A DNA stretch of 64,000 nt from a virus (IMGVR_UViG_3300048599_000816:32545-96544), one strand, 5' to 3'. Counted from the stretch's first letter, positions 18,244 through 28,518 are shown. Notes: generated by a model from the letters alone, not told the origin. Made by a program: numbers and translations.

Positions 18244-18422
18244 TTTTGACTTCTTTCATTGACCGTATGTTTCGTTTAAACAAGCTTGACAATCAGTTTT
18301 TGTTTGATCATATTGTCTACCTTCACAACATTGTGGACCACCACAACAATTAGAAGAAGCAGGGTCTGTATCTTTATTGATCAAATCTTCAAGATTTAGC
18401 GAACTTAAAAGCGACTTTGACT

Positions 18423-19640
18423 TCATCGTGAAAAAACTTTTTCTGAAGGTTGAAGATATTGTGCATAATTCGCAAATGTATCACGACACAATTTTACCAT
18501 TCCTTGATCTCCTGTATTTTTCCCGACATCATCAGAAATTTTTACTGTAGGTACAAAAAACTGACCGTAATACCTCCCTACGAGTTTGATAACCATGTTC
18601 AAAGGCTCAATGCCTGGGATATCATTGGAGATAGCTGTACCTACCCCAAAATCACCCTTTCTACCATAAGTAGAAATCAACCATTTATCTATATCAATTG
18701 CTTTTTTATCGTTTAAAGAATCTGAAAAGAATAAATTCTTTGTTTTGTGATTGATTCCAAGAATGTCATAATGTTGTATGAATTTTGTCGCAAAATCAAA
18801 AGGACTTGCACTATCTTGTCGAACACCATCACTCAATTTCGCCCATTTGTAATTAAAAGAATGAAGAAATGCATCTGTTGTGAAAGTATCAGGTAACTCT
18901 ATTGCAAGTGCACCTTTATAGACTTCATACCATTTTTCCATTGCAGCTGTATTTGCATGAATAAAACCGTAAATTGCAGCCATCATAGAATAAAATTCAT
19001 GTGCTTTTGTTCCAATAGGTTTCAGACCAAGAGTCATTGCAAGATACACATTACTTGTACCTTTCAAAGAATCTCTCATATTTGGTACGCTAAGAAAATC
19101 TTCAAGTACATTACAATGATTTTCAAATGAATGTGCACGCCGCGTCCCCATATCATAAAGAGAAATTTCGTTTTCAAGATATCTCTTTGCTTTCGAAACA
19201 TTGATTTCTTTTAAAATTGAACGTTCAGGAATTGGATAACCTTCAAAATATAATTCACTAATAGTATGCATCAATGTTACTTCCCAAGGGAGTGTCCGAT
19301 GCCATAAACCATCAATGTCAAGAAAGATTTCGTTTTTGCTAGATTGGCCTACTGTTACTTCTGAAGGATCATATCTATAATTCTTGAGATAATCAAGATA
19401 CACATGATCAAAGAAAGGGCAATTTTCACGAACAAACTCGAATTCTGATTTTGTAAGACTAAGAATACTATGTCGATCTATAGCATTCCTGAGTTTTGTT
19501 GCAAAATTATCTTCAAATTCTCTTGGTTTTCTTATAAAAAGTCTGTATTTTACACGTTCATTTGGGAAAAGTTTCAATGCAACATTTTGCATCGTGAATT
19601 TATAAAGATCGTTAAAAATTAATGATTGGGGTTTCCACAT
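18423..19640 (-). CDS. pncB: nicotinate phosphoribosyltransferase
   Basis: DLYKFTM, MGTRRAHSF, IGTKAHEF, TTDAFL, VRQDSASP, FFSDSLND, GVGTAISNDIP...PLNMVIKLV all match PncB blocks. Confidence 0.8.
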   Translation of the reverse strand: MWKPQSLIFNDLYKFTMQNVALKLFPNERVKYRLFIRKPREFEDNFATKLRNAIDRHSILSLTKSEFEFVRENCPFFDHVYLDYLKNYRYDPSEVTVGQSSKNEIFLDIDGLWHRTLPWEVTLMHTISELYFEGYPIPERSILKEINVSKAKRYLENEISLYDMGTRRAHSFENHCNVLEDFLSVPNMRDSLKGTSNVYLAMTLGLKPIGTKAHEFYSMMAAIYGFIHANTAAMEKWYEVYKGALAIELPDTFTTDAFLHSFNYKWAKLSDGVRQDSASPFDFATKFIQHYDILGINHKTKNLFFSDSLNDKKAIDIDKWLISTYGRKGDFGVGTAISNDIPGIEPLNMVIKLVGRYYGQFFVPTVKISDDVGKNTGDQGMVKLCRDTFANYAQYLQPSEKVFSR

Positions 19641-19761
19641 CTTTCTCTCTCCTCAATTCAATATTCAGCATCTGGATCAATTCCATTAAACACAAAAAAA
19701 TAATTTTCTAAACTCATTCCTGCAGCTTCTTCGTAAGCTTGGCGATTTGTCATTATTTCAC

Positions 19762-20088
19762 CTAATTTTCTATAACAAGTTTTCCTCTTTTAACTTTAAG
19801 AAGTCCCAATCTTAGAAAATAGGGTTTACCATTCATCTCAGAATGAGCCAACATGATCTTTGAATCATCACTTAAAGTAGAGATAAGTTGTTTTAAGTCT
19901 TTGATTGTCGCTGTTTGATACTCTTTTTTTTCTGCATGATTTTTATAACTATAAACGTCAAACGTTTTGCCGTATGAATTGCGTGTTATAAGCAACCCTG
20001 CTTTCTTTTTTTTGTCAGCAAACTTTATTGCTTTGTCTTCTGCATCAAATTGTTTTAAAGTTGGCATTATTCCACCACCAAGTGACAA
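19762..20088 (-). CDS. hypothetical protein
   Basis: Minus ORF. Confidence 0.35.
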   Translation of the reverse strand: MSLGGGIMPTLKQFDAEDKAIKFADKKKKAGLLITRNSYGKTFDVYSYKNHAEKKEYQTATIKDLKQLISTLSDDSKIMLAHSEMNGKPYFLRLGLLKVKRGKLVIEN

Positions 20089-20390
20089 CCAAGGTTCTTG
20101 ATTAAACCGTTGACAAAAACCATGATATCAACAGGACCATTTTCAGATTCGATCAAAAGTTCTTCGGGCCAGTTAGGAACAACATAGACTTTAGGTCGTT
20201 TTTCCCAAATGTCTCCAAGAACTGTAGAAATTGCGTAATTTTCAGTTAGGACTAAAGCACGAAGACAACTTTCAGTTGCTTTATTAAGCATGAATTCTGC
20301 TGTTTCTTTTGGGACACCATCGTTTACCATATTTAATCCCCTTTCAGTTCCTTTAATTTCTATATCGAAATAAAAGGGAGGATTTGCCAA
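20067..20390 (-). CDS. hypothetical protein
   Basis: Minus ORF. Confidence 0.35.
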   Translation of the reverse strand: MANPPFYFDIEIKGTERGLNMVNDGVPKETAEFMLNKATESCLRALVLTENYAISTVLGDIWEKRPKVYVVPNWPEELLIESENGPVDIMVFVNGLIKNLGCHLVVE

Positions 20391-20394
20391 TTTT

Positions 20395-20601
20395 TTAGTA
20401 CTTTAAACTATCATCAAGAAGTTTTTTTATAGCTTCTGATTTATACTTTAGACTTAGTGAATCAGACAAAGGAAAGCATTCATCTATAGCTTCTATTTGT
20501 TGAGCAATAGGATCTTTTTTAAATTCTTTATGTGCAAAAAATATGTAGTAAAATGCGTCTAAACAAATAATAATAACTACAATTATTGACAATAGTCTCA
20601 T
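20395..20601 (-). CDS. small membrane protein
   Basis: N-terminal TM IIVVIIICLDAFYYIFF. Confidence 0.3.
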   Translation of the reverse strand: MRLLSIIVVIIICLDAFYYIFFAHKEFKKDPIAQQIEAIDECFPLSDSLSLKYKSEAIKKLLDDSLKY

Positions 20602-20915
20602 TGACCTAAAACTTCTTTTTTATAGTGATCTGTTTCGCCTTTGAGTTCCAAGTATATTTCTCTAACAAGTTTTAAAACATACACTGGAACATACAAAGTA
20701 TCATTCTTAAATCTACTTATGTAGCGATTATAAACAAAACCTTTTCCATTAAGATTTAATGCAATACCACTTATATCGCTTTCAAATTTTGTATTGTCAT
20801 GATCAACACAAAGTGTACCACCAACATAATACAAGCGTTCACGTTTTTTTAAACGTTGCTCTATTGGCTCCCAGATTTTAGCAACAAATAGTTCACATTC
20901 TCTTGTCTTATCCAT
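20598..20915 (-). CDS. hypothetical protein
   Basis: ATGA overlap. Confidence 0.35.
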   Translation of the reverse strand: MDKTRECELFVAKIWEPIEQRLKKRERLYYVGGTLCVDHDNTKFESDISGIALNLNGKGFVYNRYISRFKNDTLYVPVYVLKLVREIYLELKGETDHYKKEVLGQ

Positions 20916-20919
20916 ACAA

Positions 20920-21894
20920 CTAACTTATTTTTCTTCGTTTCATCGAAGGTCTTTTGAAAAAGAACTGTTCACTTAATGTATCGAAAATCCAACCTTGTTC
21001 ATTTGCATTATGCTCTAACTGTTGCATCATGTAATTTGTGTCAGCATCTAAATAGTCAGCTGCAGCAACAAGTTTTGCTTCAATTGTCATGGGCTTTATA
21101 ATAGCATGTTGTTCTTTTGACCCATGATGACTTAAAATAATGTGGCCTACATCTTCTGTAATTGCATTGTTTGTCAAACCAAGTGTCTCAACAGTTTTTC
21201 TAAAAGCAAAATAGCTAAGAACTGTGTGCTCGTGAAGCCTCCCAATATTTGTCATATCTATTTTTATATTATCATATGTATATGCATCTAGCTTTCCAAT
21301 ATCGTGAAGAGTACCACCAAGTAAAGCTTTGTCAAAATCAAAGGGCAAAGGAAGATGTGTTTGAAAAAGTTTTATAATTTTTACCACAGAAAGCGAATGT
21401 TCAAGTAATCCATGTTGATATGCATGATGAACTGTTCCTTTACCTCCAGGCCACATTTTGAATTTTGTCACAAAATTAGAATCAGTCCTGAATGCTTCCC
21501 AGATCATCTTATAATCGTAATTTGTAAAGTTTGTTTCTAGTAAAGTCGTTAATTCAGTCCACATCTCATCTGGATTTCTTGAAGAAACTTTAATCAAATC
21601 ACTAAGATCATAACTATCAGCTTGTTTTATCTTTTCTATTATGACTTGCATCTTACCATTGTAGATGTTTGTTCTACCTTGTATCGTGACAACTGTAATA
21701 TCTTTGAGTTGTTGTGCAAGACTTTCTGCATTATCCCAGATTTTTGCCCAAACAATACCTGTTTTATCACCAAGATTACATGTAAGAAAATGACCCTGTT
21801 TTTCTGTGAAAGGTTTGAGCTTAATATCTAAAATCAAAAAAGTTCCCTGAACAGGCACGTTATTTTGTTGTCTCAATACTTCTTCTATAAACAT
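20920..21894 (-). CDS. YhaM-like 3'-5' exonuclease (OB-fold + HD domain)
   Basis: N-terminal OB-like segment, HD motifs GLLEHSL, LHDIGK, SHHG. Confidence 0.6.
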   Translation of the reverse strand: MFIEEVLRQQNNVPVQGTFLILDIKLKPFTEKQGHFLTCNLGDKTGIVWAKIWDNAESLAQQLKDITVVTIQGRTNIYNGKMQVIIEKIKQADSYDLSDLIKVSSRNPDEMWTELTTLLETNFTNYDYKMIWEAFRTDSNFVTKFKMWPGGKGTVHHAYQHGLLEHSLSVVKIIKLFQTHLPLPFDFDKALLGGTLHDIGKLDAYTYDNIKIDMTNIGRLHEHTVLSYFAFRKTVETLGLTNNAITEDVGHIILSHHGSKEQHAIIKPMTIEAKLVAAADYLDADTNYMMQQLEHNANEQGWIFDTLSEQFFFKRPSMKRRKIS

Positions 21895-21906
21895 TTTTTC
21901 TCCATT

Positions 21907-22497
21907 TTAGTCAAGATCTAAGATCTTTCTCATTGCATTATTTACTTCATCTAAATTATTGCCATCATAACGAATTACTTGTTTATGTTTGAAATTTACA
22001 TTTGCTTGTGAAGCAGGCATTATAACTAAACCTCTGGGTCTCCATTCTAACCATTTTTCAATATACTCAGGCCAATCATCTACTAAAACTTTTCCATAAA
22101 CAAGACCTTTATCTCGGGTAATAGTTACTTCAACATCACTACCCAAGTTATTATCAAGCCATAATTTTTTTCCTGTCCAAGCATTTGGATTACGTTTTGG
22201 ACCTTGTGTAAGAATCATTCTTCGAAAACCTTGTAATGCACTTAAATGCCAAATATCAAACCCAAGCTTAAATTGAGGAAGCATTGCCCACCATTCAATA
22301 GAACTTCGAATTAAATTCGCTCTTTTTCTAAGAAACAAAGGTGCATCATCTCTTGGAACTGCTGTAACATCTTCTTCATCTGGACTTTTTATTTCATTAA
22401 GATCAGAAATTAACTTTTTTTCATAGTCACAAAGTGTTCCATCCATATCGAATAAAGCAATTGCATCTTGTTTCATTTTTTCTCCTTTAAAAGCCAA
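21907..22497 (-). CDS. HAD-superfamily phosphatase
   Basis: Motif I FDMDGTLCDY. Confidence 0.6.
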   Translation of the reverse strand: MAFKGEKMKQDAIALFDMDGTLCDYEKKLISDLNEIKSPDEEDVTAVPRDDAPLFLRKRANLIRSSIEWWAMLPQFKLGFDIWHLSALQGFRRMILTQGPKRNPNAWTGKKLWLDNNLGSDVEVTITRDKGLVYGKVLVDDWPEYIEKWLEWRPRGLVIMPASQANVNFKHKQVIRYDGNNLDEVNNAMRKILDLD

Positions 22498-22685
22498 GCT
22501 GCTCTAAATGCTTGACGAGATGTTGGTTCTTTACCTAAAATCTTTTTTGCTTTTTCAAACCATTTTTCCCAAGCTTCTTCATCTCCAACAATAGCTCTAG
22601 CACTGTTAAATCTGCAAAATTCACAATCGTTTGACTCAAATCCACATTCAGCATGACATTGCGTTGAAACTTTTTCTTCTTTCAT
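22473..22685 (-). CDS. Cys/His mini-protein
   Basis: CHAECGFESNDCEFC. Confidence 0.35.
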   Translation of the reverse strand: MKEEKVSTQCHAECGFESNDCEFCRFNSARAIVGDEEAWEKWFEKAKKILGKEPTSRQAFRAAWLLKEKK

Positions 22686-22933
22686 TATTTCCTCGGCGTA
22701 AAGACACTTGCTGATCTTGGCTTTTTAAAAGTTATTTTTTTGCTTGAACTTTGTGATGCTTCAAACAAATCATCTAACGAATTAAATTTTAATTTGAGTT
22801 TGTTAAAATGGAATGAATCAAATAATGAAAGAGCACCATGTAAATCATTTAGTGCTGTAATTAATTGCGGAATTCTTGTGTCAGGTATTCCGATGTCTTT
22901 TAACGTTTGATAAAAATCCTTTGTTTTCTCCAT
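22685..22933 (-). CDS. hypothetical protein
   Basis: Minus ORF. Confidence 0.35.
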   Translation of the reverse strand: MEKTKDFYQTLKDIGIPDTRIPQLITALNDLHGALSLFDSFHFNKLKLKFNSLDDLFEASQSSSKKITFKKPRSASVFTPRK

Positions 22934-22963
22934 AAATATTTTTATTTAGAAAACAAACAAAAT

Positions 22964-23182
22964 TCAACTTTTAGTTGAGTGAACTGAAAACCAAAGTTCA
23001 TCAAATTGTTGAGGTGTTAACTCGACATTTTTTTTGCAAGAAGGACACATACCGTGGATTGGGTCACACTCTGATAAAGAAACTTCACCACAGATAACAC
23101 ACGTTTCTTTGTTTAAATTTTCTTTAAACTTAGAAAAATAAAGAGAATCTGTGTTTTTTAAAAATTTAATACCTTGTTTCAT
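22964..23182 (-). CDS. zinc-ribbon mini-protein
   Basis: CVICGE...CPSCKK. Confidence 0.35.
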   Translation of the reverse strand: MKQGIKFLKNTDSLYFSKFKENLNKETCVICGEVSLSECDPIHGMCPSCKKNVELTPQQFDELWFSVHSTKS

Positions 23183-23514
23183 GTTTCTTTCTTAAAGCAA
23201 ACAAAAGCACCTTTTTTGCAACGATAATCACCTGCTTTGCAAGCTCCTATTAAATCACATAAATCTAAATCAATGTCTGCTGCATCAATTATTTTTGCAT
23301 TATCTTCAAAAACTTCAATAAGCAAAGACTGATCCCGAAAAGCATGTGATTGAGATATTGGAGTTTTCTTAAACCATTCTTCTAAAAGTTCAGGTACAGG
23401 TGTTGATGTGCCTTCTGGTATATGATAGTACCTTGTAGTAGTAACAGCAACTATTTTTGCATCAGGATATGCTTTCTTATGACCTTGCAATAGTTTTTTG
23501 ATTTTTTCAAGCAC
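23179..23514 (-). CDS. hypothetical protein
   Basis: ATGA overlaps both sides. Confidence 0.4.
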   Translation of the reverse strand: MLEKIKKLLQGHKKAYPDAKIVAVTTTRYYHIPEGTSTPVPELLEEWFKKTPISQSHAFRDQSLLIEVFEDNAKIIDAADIDLDLCDLIGACKAGDYRCKKGAFVCFKKET

Positions 23515-23785
23515 AAGACACCGCCTTTTTTGCTTTCTTTTTTATTTCTTCAACTTTTTTCTTATCATAATCAGGACTTAACAAGTCCGAAATTTCATAA
23601 AGTGTTAAACTACACATCAAATCATTGAGGATTGGATCGTTAAGTTGTGAAGCTCTTTCAGAAACTTTGCAAAGCAAAGTTCTAAAAACATTCAAGGGAA
23701 TTTTTAAAACTGCTGCATTACAATTATCAGTAATCTCGTTCAAAAGATTTGCTGTATGAACTTTAAATGAAAGTGTTTTTTTCAT
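23507..23785 (-). CDS. hypothetical protein
   Basis: Minus ORF. Confidence 0.35.
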   Translation of the reverse strand: MKKTLSFKVHTANLLNEITDNCNAAVLKIPLNVFRTLLCKVSERASQLNDPILNDLMCSLTLYEISDLLSPDYDKKKVEEIKKKAKKAVSCA

Positions 23786-23979
23786 TTTTGTTCTTGTTTA
23801 TTGAGCTCAGGTTCGATTTCTCTTACTGAAGTGTTTTCGAAAGCTGTTTTTCCGAAAATTTCGTTCATACGCCTTTTGAAAGTATCAACAGCTTTTCCTG
23901 CTTCAAGTCGGTTTGCATGATAAGTAGCAGTCTGATCAGGTTCGATTTTTATAGTTACTGTAGAAACAATTTCAAACAT
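23782..23979 (-). CDS. hypothetical protein
   Basis: Minus ORF. Confidence 0.35.
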   Translation of the reverse strand: MFEIVSTVTIKIEPDQTATYHANRLEAGKAVDTFKRRMNEIFGKTAFENTSVREIEPELNKQEQK

Positions 23980-23996
23980 ATTCTCCTCATTTCATT

Positions 23997-24389
23997 TCAA
24001 ATTTTTTGAGTTGAGATAATTTTAATAGTATCTTTACTACAAGTATACAAAACGGTCTCACTTACAAATCTGATACAGTGAAAAGATTCTGTTTCGTCAA
24101 AACAAGAAGCAGATGTTACATTATTTTTATTTACATGAACAACCATTTCTGTGTTAGAAGGACATCCATTGACAGCAACTGAACCTGTAGAAAATGTTAT
24201 AGTCTTAAAATTTCTGGCACATAACAAAAGACTATTATACTCTTCTTCACATAAAGTGAATGACGTATTATTTAATACTGCAGAATAAACAGGATATGCA
24301 CTTCTATTATACTCAGCAGGAAGATGCATGATAACTTTTATGTAGTCTATGTTTGACTCATTAATAAAACTTCCATTTTTAAGAATCAT
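23997..24389 (-). CDS. Cys-containing hypothetical protein
   Basis: ATG start; motif 24409-24422 upstream. Confidence 0.4.
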   Translation of the reverse strand: MILKNGSFINESNIDYIKVIMHLPAEYNRSAYPVYSAVLNNTSFTLCEEEYNSLLLCARNFKTITFSTGSVAVNGCPSNTEMVVHVNKNNVTSASCFDETESFHCIRFVSETVLYTCSKDTIKIISTQKI

Positions 24390-24408
24390 GATAAACTCCT
24401 GTTATCGA

Positions 24409-24422
24409 TTAATATCGTGCAT
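24409..24422 (-). promoter_or_regulatory. recurrent upstream motif instance (ttaatatcgtgcat)
   Basis: ~25 nt upstream of ATG 24389. Confidence 0.35.
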
Positions 24423-24604
24423 CTAAAACAAATTGCCATCAAAGATCCTTAAGAATATATTCCTCGAGTTCTGATCCATCTTCATCATTTGGAAAAAGAA
24501 CCCATGAACCTTCTCGTTCTACATTTTTTCTGTCTGTTTCTAAATCGTCTTCATCATTTCGTGATCTCATTTTAATCTCCTAATAAGTTATATAAACAAT
24601 AAAT

Positions 24605-24913
24605 TCAAATGTGCTCGTCGGGGTCTAGCACCACTTTCTCCTGGCTCTCAGCAATTGATTTCAAATAATCCTCTTTAGATTTCAACTTTATGCTTCTTGG
24701 AAAATCTTTGACGTCTGTTTCAACACCACAACAAGGGCAAGTGAAAGTAACAAAAATATCTGTTTCATCTCTGACAGTACTAAATGTATTATATAAATCA
24801 GTCTGCTCAACAAGAAGAATAGCACCACATCCACCACCACGATTTCCATCACCTGTACAAGTAAGTTCTTTTGACCAACCTGTTTGTTTTCGTCCTTCTT
24901 TAATAATTTTCAT
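24605..24913 (-). CDS. zinc-binding hypothetical protein
   Basis: Likely start at Met15 (ATG 24911-24913); CTGDGNRGGGCG...CPCC. Confidence 0.4.
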   Translation of the reverse strand: MKIIKEGRKQTGWSKELTCTGDGNRGGGCGAILLVEQTDLYNTFSTVRDETDIFVTFTCPCCGVETDVKDFPRSIKLKSKEDYLKSIAESQEKVVLDPDEHI

Positions 24914-24915
24914 AT

Positions 24916-25623
24916 TTATCCTTTCCAATAACAATAAAGACAACCATGTGCACATTTTTGCTTCTTAGAAAGTAGTTCATGTTTTTGCGCTAAACATGAA
25001 CATAAAGGTCTTTGAAATCCACCACCTTCAGAAGCATCAATACCAAGAGTAAAACAATCACGACCTGAAACACAACCTGAACAAAAAAAATCAGGTTCTG
25101 CACAAATCTCAACCATTGTTTGTGATTTTATTTGGATTTGCTTAAATGCTTCTTGTCTTAATTCAAGAGGTGCATGAAAACTTGTCCAAGGCAATGCAAT
25201 ATCTTCTTCAGCAAATCTTTTTATGACATGTGGATAATTATCTATAAAAGAAATTCTTACGCGAAAACTTCCAATTTCCTGAGCTTTATTTAATACATCA
25301 AGTGCAACTTGAATCCCTTTTTCTGTTGGAACAATTGGATCGATTCTCAAAACAATACGTTCTGCACCCAGTTTTTTAACAAGGTTTTTCAAACCTATTT
25401 CAATTGCTTCAGTATAGTTTATAACATTTGGTTCAAGTACAGTTTCACCGTACCCTGTAATTGTTGCATTAACTATGACATTTGGGTTTTCAAATTGATC
25501 AAGACGTTCACACAAAAGCACTGGGTTTTTTGAAATAAGAATTGCAGGTTTTTTGTCCTGTACCCATTTATACCAAGCAGTATCTAAAGCAGCATCACCT
25601 CGTTCTGTCACGCCAATCATCAT
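24916..25623 (-). CDS. conserved protein with C-terminal Cys cluster (possible Fe-S/DUF1848-like)
   Basis: CSGCVSGRDC ... CAHGCLYCYW. Confidence 0.35.
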   Translation of the reverse strand: MMIGVTERGDAALDTAWYKWVQDKKPAILISKNPVLLCERLDQFENPNVIVNATITGYGETVLEPNVINYTEAIEIGLKNLVKKLGAERIVLRIDPIVPTEKGIQVALDVLNKAQEIGSFRVRISFIDNYPHVIKRFAEEDIALPWTSFHAPLELRQEAFKQIQIKSQTMVEICAEPDFFCSGCVSGRDCFTLGIDASEGGGFQRPLCSCLAQKHELLSKKQKCAHGCLYCYWKG

Positions 25624-25919
25624 TTAAACACCCATTTCATTTTGTTTTTAAAATCTATATAATCTTTATTTTTTTTAGTTGTTTCAGTAAAAAATTTGTC
25701 AAGTTTTCTATCATAAACAATAATCACTTGTATTTTATCTTCACAATTTATAAAAAACTTTTTTTCTCCTAAACTATCAGTAAAAAGTCTAAAATGTGCT
25801 CTATCGCCAAACCAATCTAACTTAATTCTTGCTTGATAATCATCTTGACATGGATCTTTTTGTAGAGCACTTATAAGATCTTCTGACGATCCTTTATATA
25901 AAAGAGTTACCATTGTCAT
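25620..25919 (-). CDS. hypothetical protein
   Basis: ATGA overlaps. Confidence 0.35.
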   Translation of the reverse strand: MTMVTLLYKGSSEDLISALQKDPCQDDYQARIKLDWFGDRAHFRLFTDSLGEKKFFINCEDKIQVIIVYDRKLDKFFTETTKKNKDYIDFKNKMKWVFK

Positions 25920-26386
25920 TTTTTTAGTTTCGGAAAAAACCTATTTACTTTTAATGAATATTTTACATAATCGATTCCAAATGTTTTTAAAAGTACGTCT
26001 TCTTCAACATGTATGTAAAACGTAAAACTAAGCCATGAAACAAAAGCAACAATAAAATATGACCATTGACAAGTCAAAAATGCAAATGAAGGTATTATAA
26101 ATAAAATTATACTTGCATATAAAGGATTTCGACTAATACTGAACAAACCAGTTGTTGCTAATTGTCTTTTTCTAAAATACTTCATTAATTGAAAAAAACC
26201 TACACACCACAAAGTAAGTCCTGTAAAAAGTACAACACATCCGATTATAAACGATATGTTTTTAGAAATTGGTAACGCAAATACTTTCGGAAAAAATAAG
26301 TTTTCAATTAAAGAAAAAATAATGACTGGCAAACAACTTAAAAAGATTTTGGGTCCTTGTCCTGTAAATTTCATTTTGTCAATCAT
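25916..26386 (-). CDS. ICMT/phospholipid-methyltransferase-family membrane methyltransferase
   Basis: Multiple TMs and TGLFSISRNPLYAS (RNPxY signature). Confidence 0.55.
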   Translation of the reverse strand: MIDKMKFTGQGPKIFLSCLPVIIFSLIENLFFPKVFALPISKNISFIIGCVVLFTGLTLWCVGFFQLMKYFRKRQLATTGLFSISRNPLYASIILFIIPSFAFLTCQWSYFIVAFVSWLSFTFYIHVEEDVLLKTFGIDYVKYSLKVNRFFPKLKK

Positions 26387-26825
26387 AATAATAAACTACA
26401 CCAATCTCTGGTTCAAACTCTATTTGCTCTGCTAAAAATATTGCTTTAATGTTTGTCCAATCTGGATGAAGAAAAGAAGAAGCAACTGTAGTATTAGTTA
26501 TAGGATAAGCACCATCATTTTTAATTGAAATTCCGCATTGATATTTATTGGGCAGAACTACAGTATAATCGTCAAAATTCCAAAGATAAAAATCATTTTC
26601 AATTTTATGTTTTTCTAAAACATCCATGACGTCAAAACGACGTTTTACATTAAGCTCAAGTTTATCTTTAGGAGAAGCACATAAAGGACAAAATTTACTA
26701 TCAGAAACATACTTCTTGTGATCTTCACACTCGCGATTTGTACAAGTATGTATCCATATAGGAACTGTTATATCTTTTGCTTTGATCTTTATATATGGTC
26801 CTAAATAACAACGATTTTGACTCAT
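26379..26825 (-). CDS. hypothetical protein
   Basis: Minus ORF. Confidence 0.4.
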   Translation of the reverse strand: MSQNRCYLGPYIKIKAKDITVPIWIHTCTNRECEDHKKYVSDSKFCPLCASPKDKLELNVKRRFDVMDVLEKHKIENDFYLWNFDDYTVVLPNKYQCGISIKNDGAYPITNTTVASSFLHPDWTNIKAIFLAEQIEFEPEIGVVYYYD

Positions 26826-27817
26826 TATACTCCCATAGCTAAATGTTCCCAGACTTTATCTTCATCTACGCTAATTAAAACAAAATCATCTTTATCATGT
26901 AGTCTTGATCCCCACTCACCATTTTCACAATATGGTTTTGCTCTAACCCAACATCCAATTGTTGGATGCAAATGCAAAACTGCAGCAGTTGGATCATGAT
27001 ATTTTTTGCCATCACGATTTAATTTGAATCTCCACTCCATTCCTTCTCTGAACAATTCAGCAGCTCTATTCTCTGGTTTTATAGACATGATTTTTTTATG
27101 CACTTCAGTGTCATAAACCATATAATGACATACATTTTTTCCAACAAAAAATCTTGACTTTATGTCCATATTTAAAAAATTATGTGCTCCATTACGATCA
27201 CCATTCAAATTAAATGTTGCACATCGCTCTTTACCCTCAAATTTAGGGAGTTTCTTTACGTTAATTTTATGAGTGTCATAACCAATAAATCCACCTTGCA
27301 TGACAGCTTTATTTAAAGGTCGGGGGAGTTCAATATGTCCGAACGTCTTTAAAGGACCACATCCAAAAAACTCTATATTTTCATGTTGTGTTAGAATGTC
27401 AACAGCAAGTTGACGACTTAATACCGCGTTAGAAGAAAAATATGGGAATTTATAAACATCAAGAAGTGCTTTATGAATATTTGTTGGTTGTTCTTTTCTT
27501 CTTCCAAGTTCAGGAACACCAATCAATACGTCAGTTTTTCCAAGTGTTTTTAGCAAGAAATCTACAATAGCGATTTGAGATTCATCACCAGGTGAAATCA
27601 AAATAGCTTTAATATCTACACCTGCAGAAAACAAATAGCACAATGCAAAAAAGTCATCTGGGTCATGACCTATATCAGTTTCAACAATCATTTTTATTGG
27701 TTTATTATCATCAGGACTTGTTTGTGTAATTGTGTTATACCTATAACCACATGAATCACACAACTCCCAACCATTCCAAGTTTTTTCCATAGACTTAAAA
27801 CAACGTCTACAATCCAT
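26825..27817 (-). CDS. nucleoside hydrolase (IUNH)-like protein with N-terminal zinc ribbon
   Basis: Asp cluster ETDIGHDPDD (DxDxGxDD) after CRRC...CDSCG ribbon. Confidence 0.55.
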   Translation of the reverse strand: MDCRRCFKSMEKTWNGWELCDSCGYRYNTITQTSPDDNKPIKMIVETDIGHDPDDFFALCYLFSAGVDIKAILISPGDESQIAIVDFLLKTLGKTDVLIGVPELGRRKEQPTNIHKALLDVYKFPYFSSNAVLSRQLAVDILTQHENIEFFGCGPLKTFGHIELPRPLNKAVMQGGFIGYDTHKINVKKLPKFEGKERCATFNLNGDRNGAHNFLNMDIKSRFFVGKNVCHYMVYDTEVHKKIMSIKPENRAAELFREGMEWRFKLNRDGKKYHDPTAAVLHLHPTIGCWVRAKPYCENGEWGSRLHDKDDFVLISVDEDKVWEHLAMGV

Positions 27818-28069
27818 TTACTTCCTGTCTAATTGTTGTAATGTTACAGCTCCAAATGTAGCTTTCATAAAACTATTTTCTAAAGTCGAACAAAAATTGC
27901 ACCATTTTTTCTTTTGAGTTTGGGTCGAAGACCACTTTCAGTTCGTATGTCAAGAGCAGATGAGTGGTTTGCACAATCTTCTTTTTTTGAGCAATCAACT
28001 AAACAGCAAATCTGATCACCATCAACTATTGAATGATTAATTTCAACCATTTGACTTCCTTTCAGTTTA

Positions 28070-28471
28070 CTATTGTCCCATCTTATCTACTAAGATCTTT
28101 AGTTCGTCACGTAATGCAAAAAGATTCTTTGCTTCATCTGTTTCTACACTGTGATTAGATGCATGCCAAACATTATTCCAGTAAGAATCGCTTTTTAGTG
28201 TATTATATACTTGTAAAACGCTATTCATACCTCCTAACCCAGGTTCACGACCATCAGCAAGATCGTGTTCGACAGCCCAGATCATTTGACTGACATAATA
28301 TTGTCCAGTAGAATCAGCATAATTTGCTGCAATCTGTTTAAGCTTTGCGATATCTTCATCTTTGCAATTTTCGTTATCTGTTTGCATCATTAAGTGAATG
28401 AGTTCGTTATTCACACATTTTTGCGCAATCTCTTTAACTTTTGTATCCCAATACGTCGAGAAAGCATTCAT
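28070..28471 (-). CDS. hypothetical protein
   Basis: Minus ORF. Confidence 0.4.
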   Translation of the reverse strand: MNAFSTYWDTKVKEIAQKCVNNELIHLMMQTDNENCKDEDIAKLKQIAANYADSTGQYYVSQMIWAVEHDLADGREPGLGGMNSVLQVYNTLKSDSYWNNVWHASNHSVETDEAKNLFALRDELKILVDKMGQ

Positions 28472-28518
28472 TTTCTATTCCTTGGTAAGAGTTTCACTAC
28501 ACAATCAATAGTTTAAAA

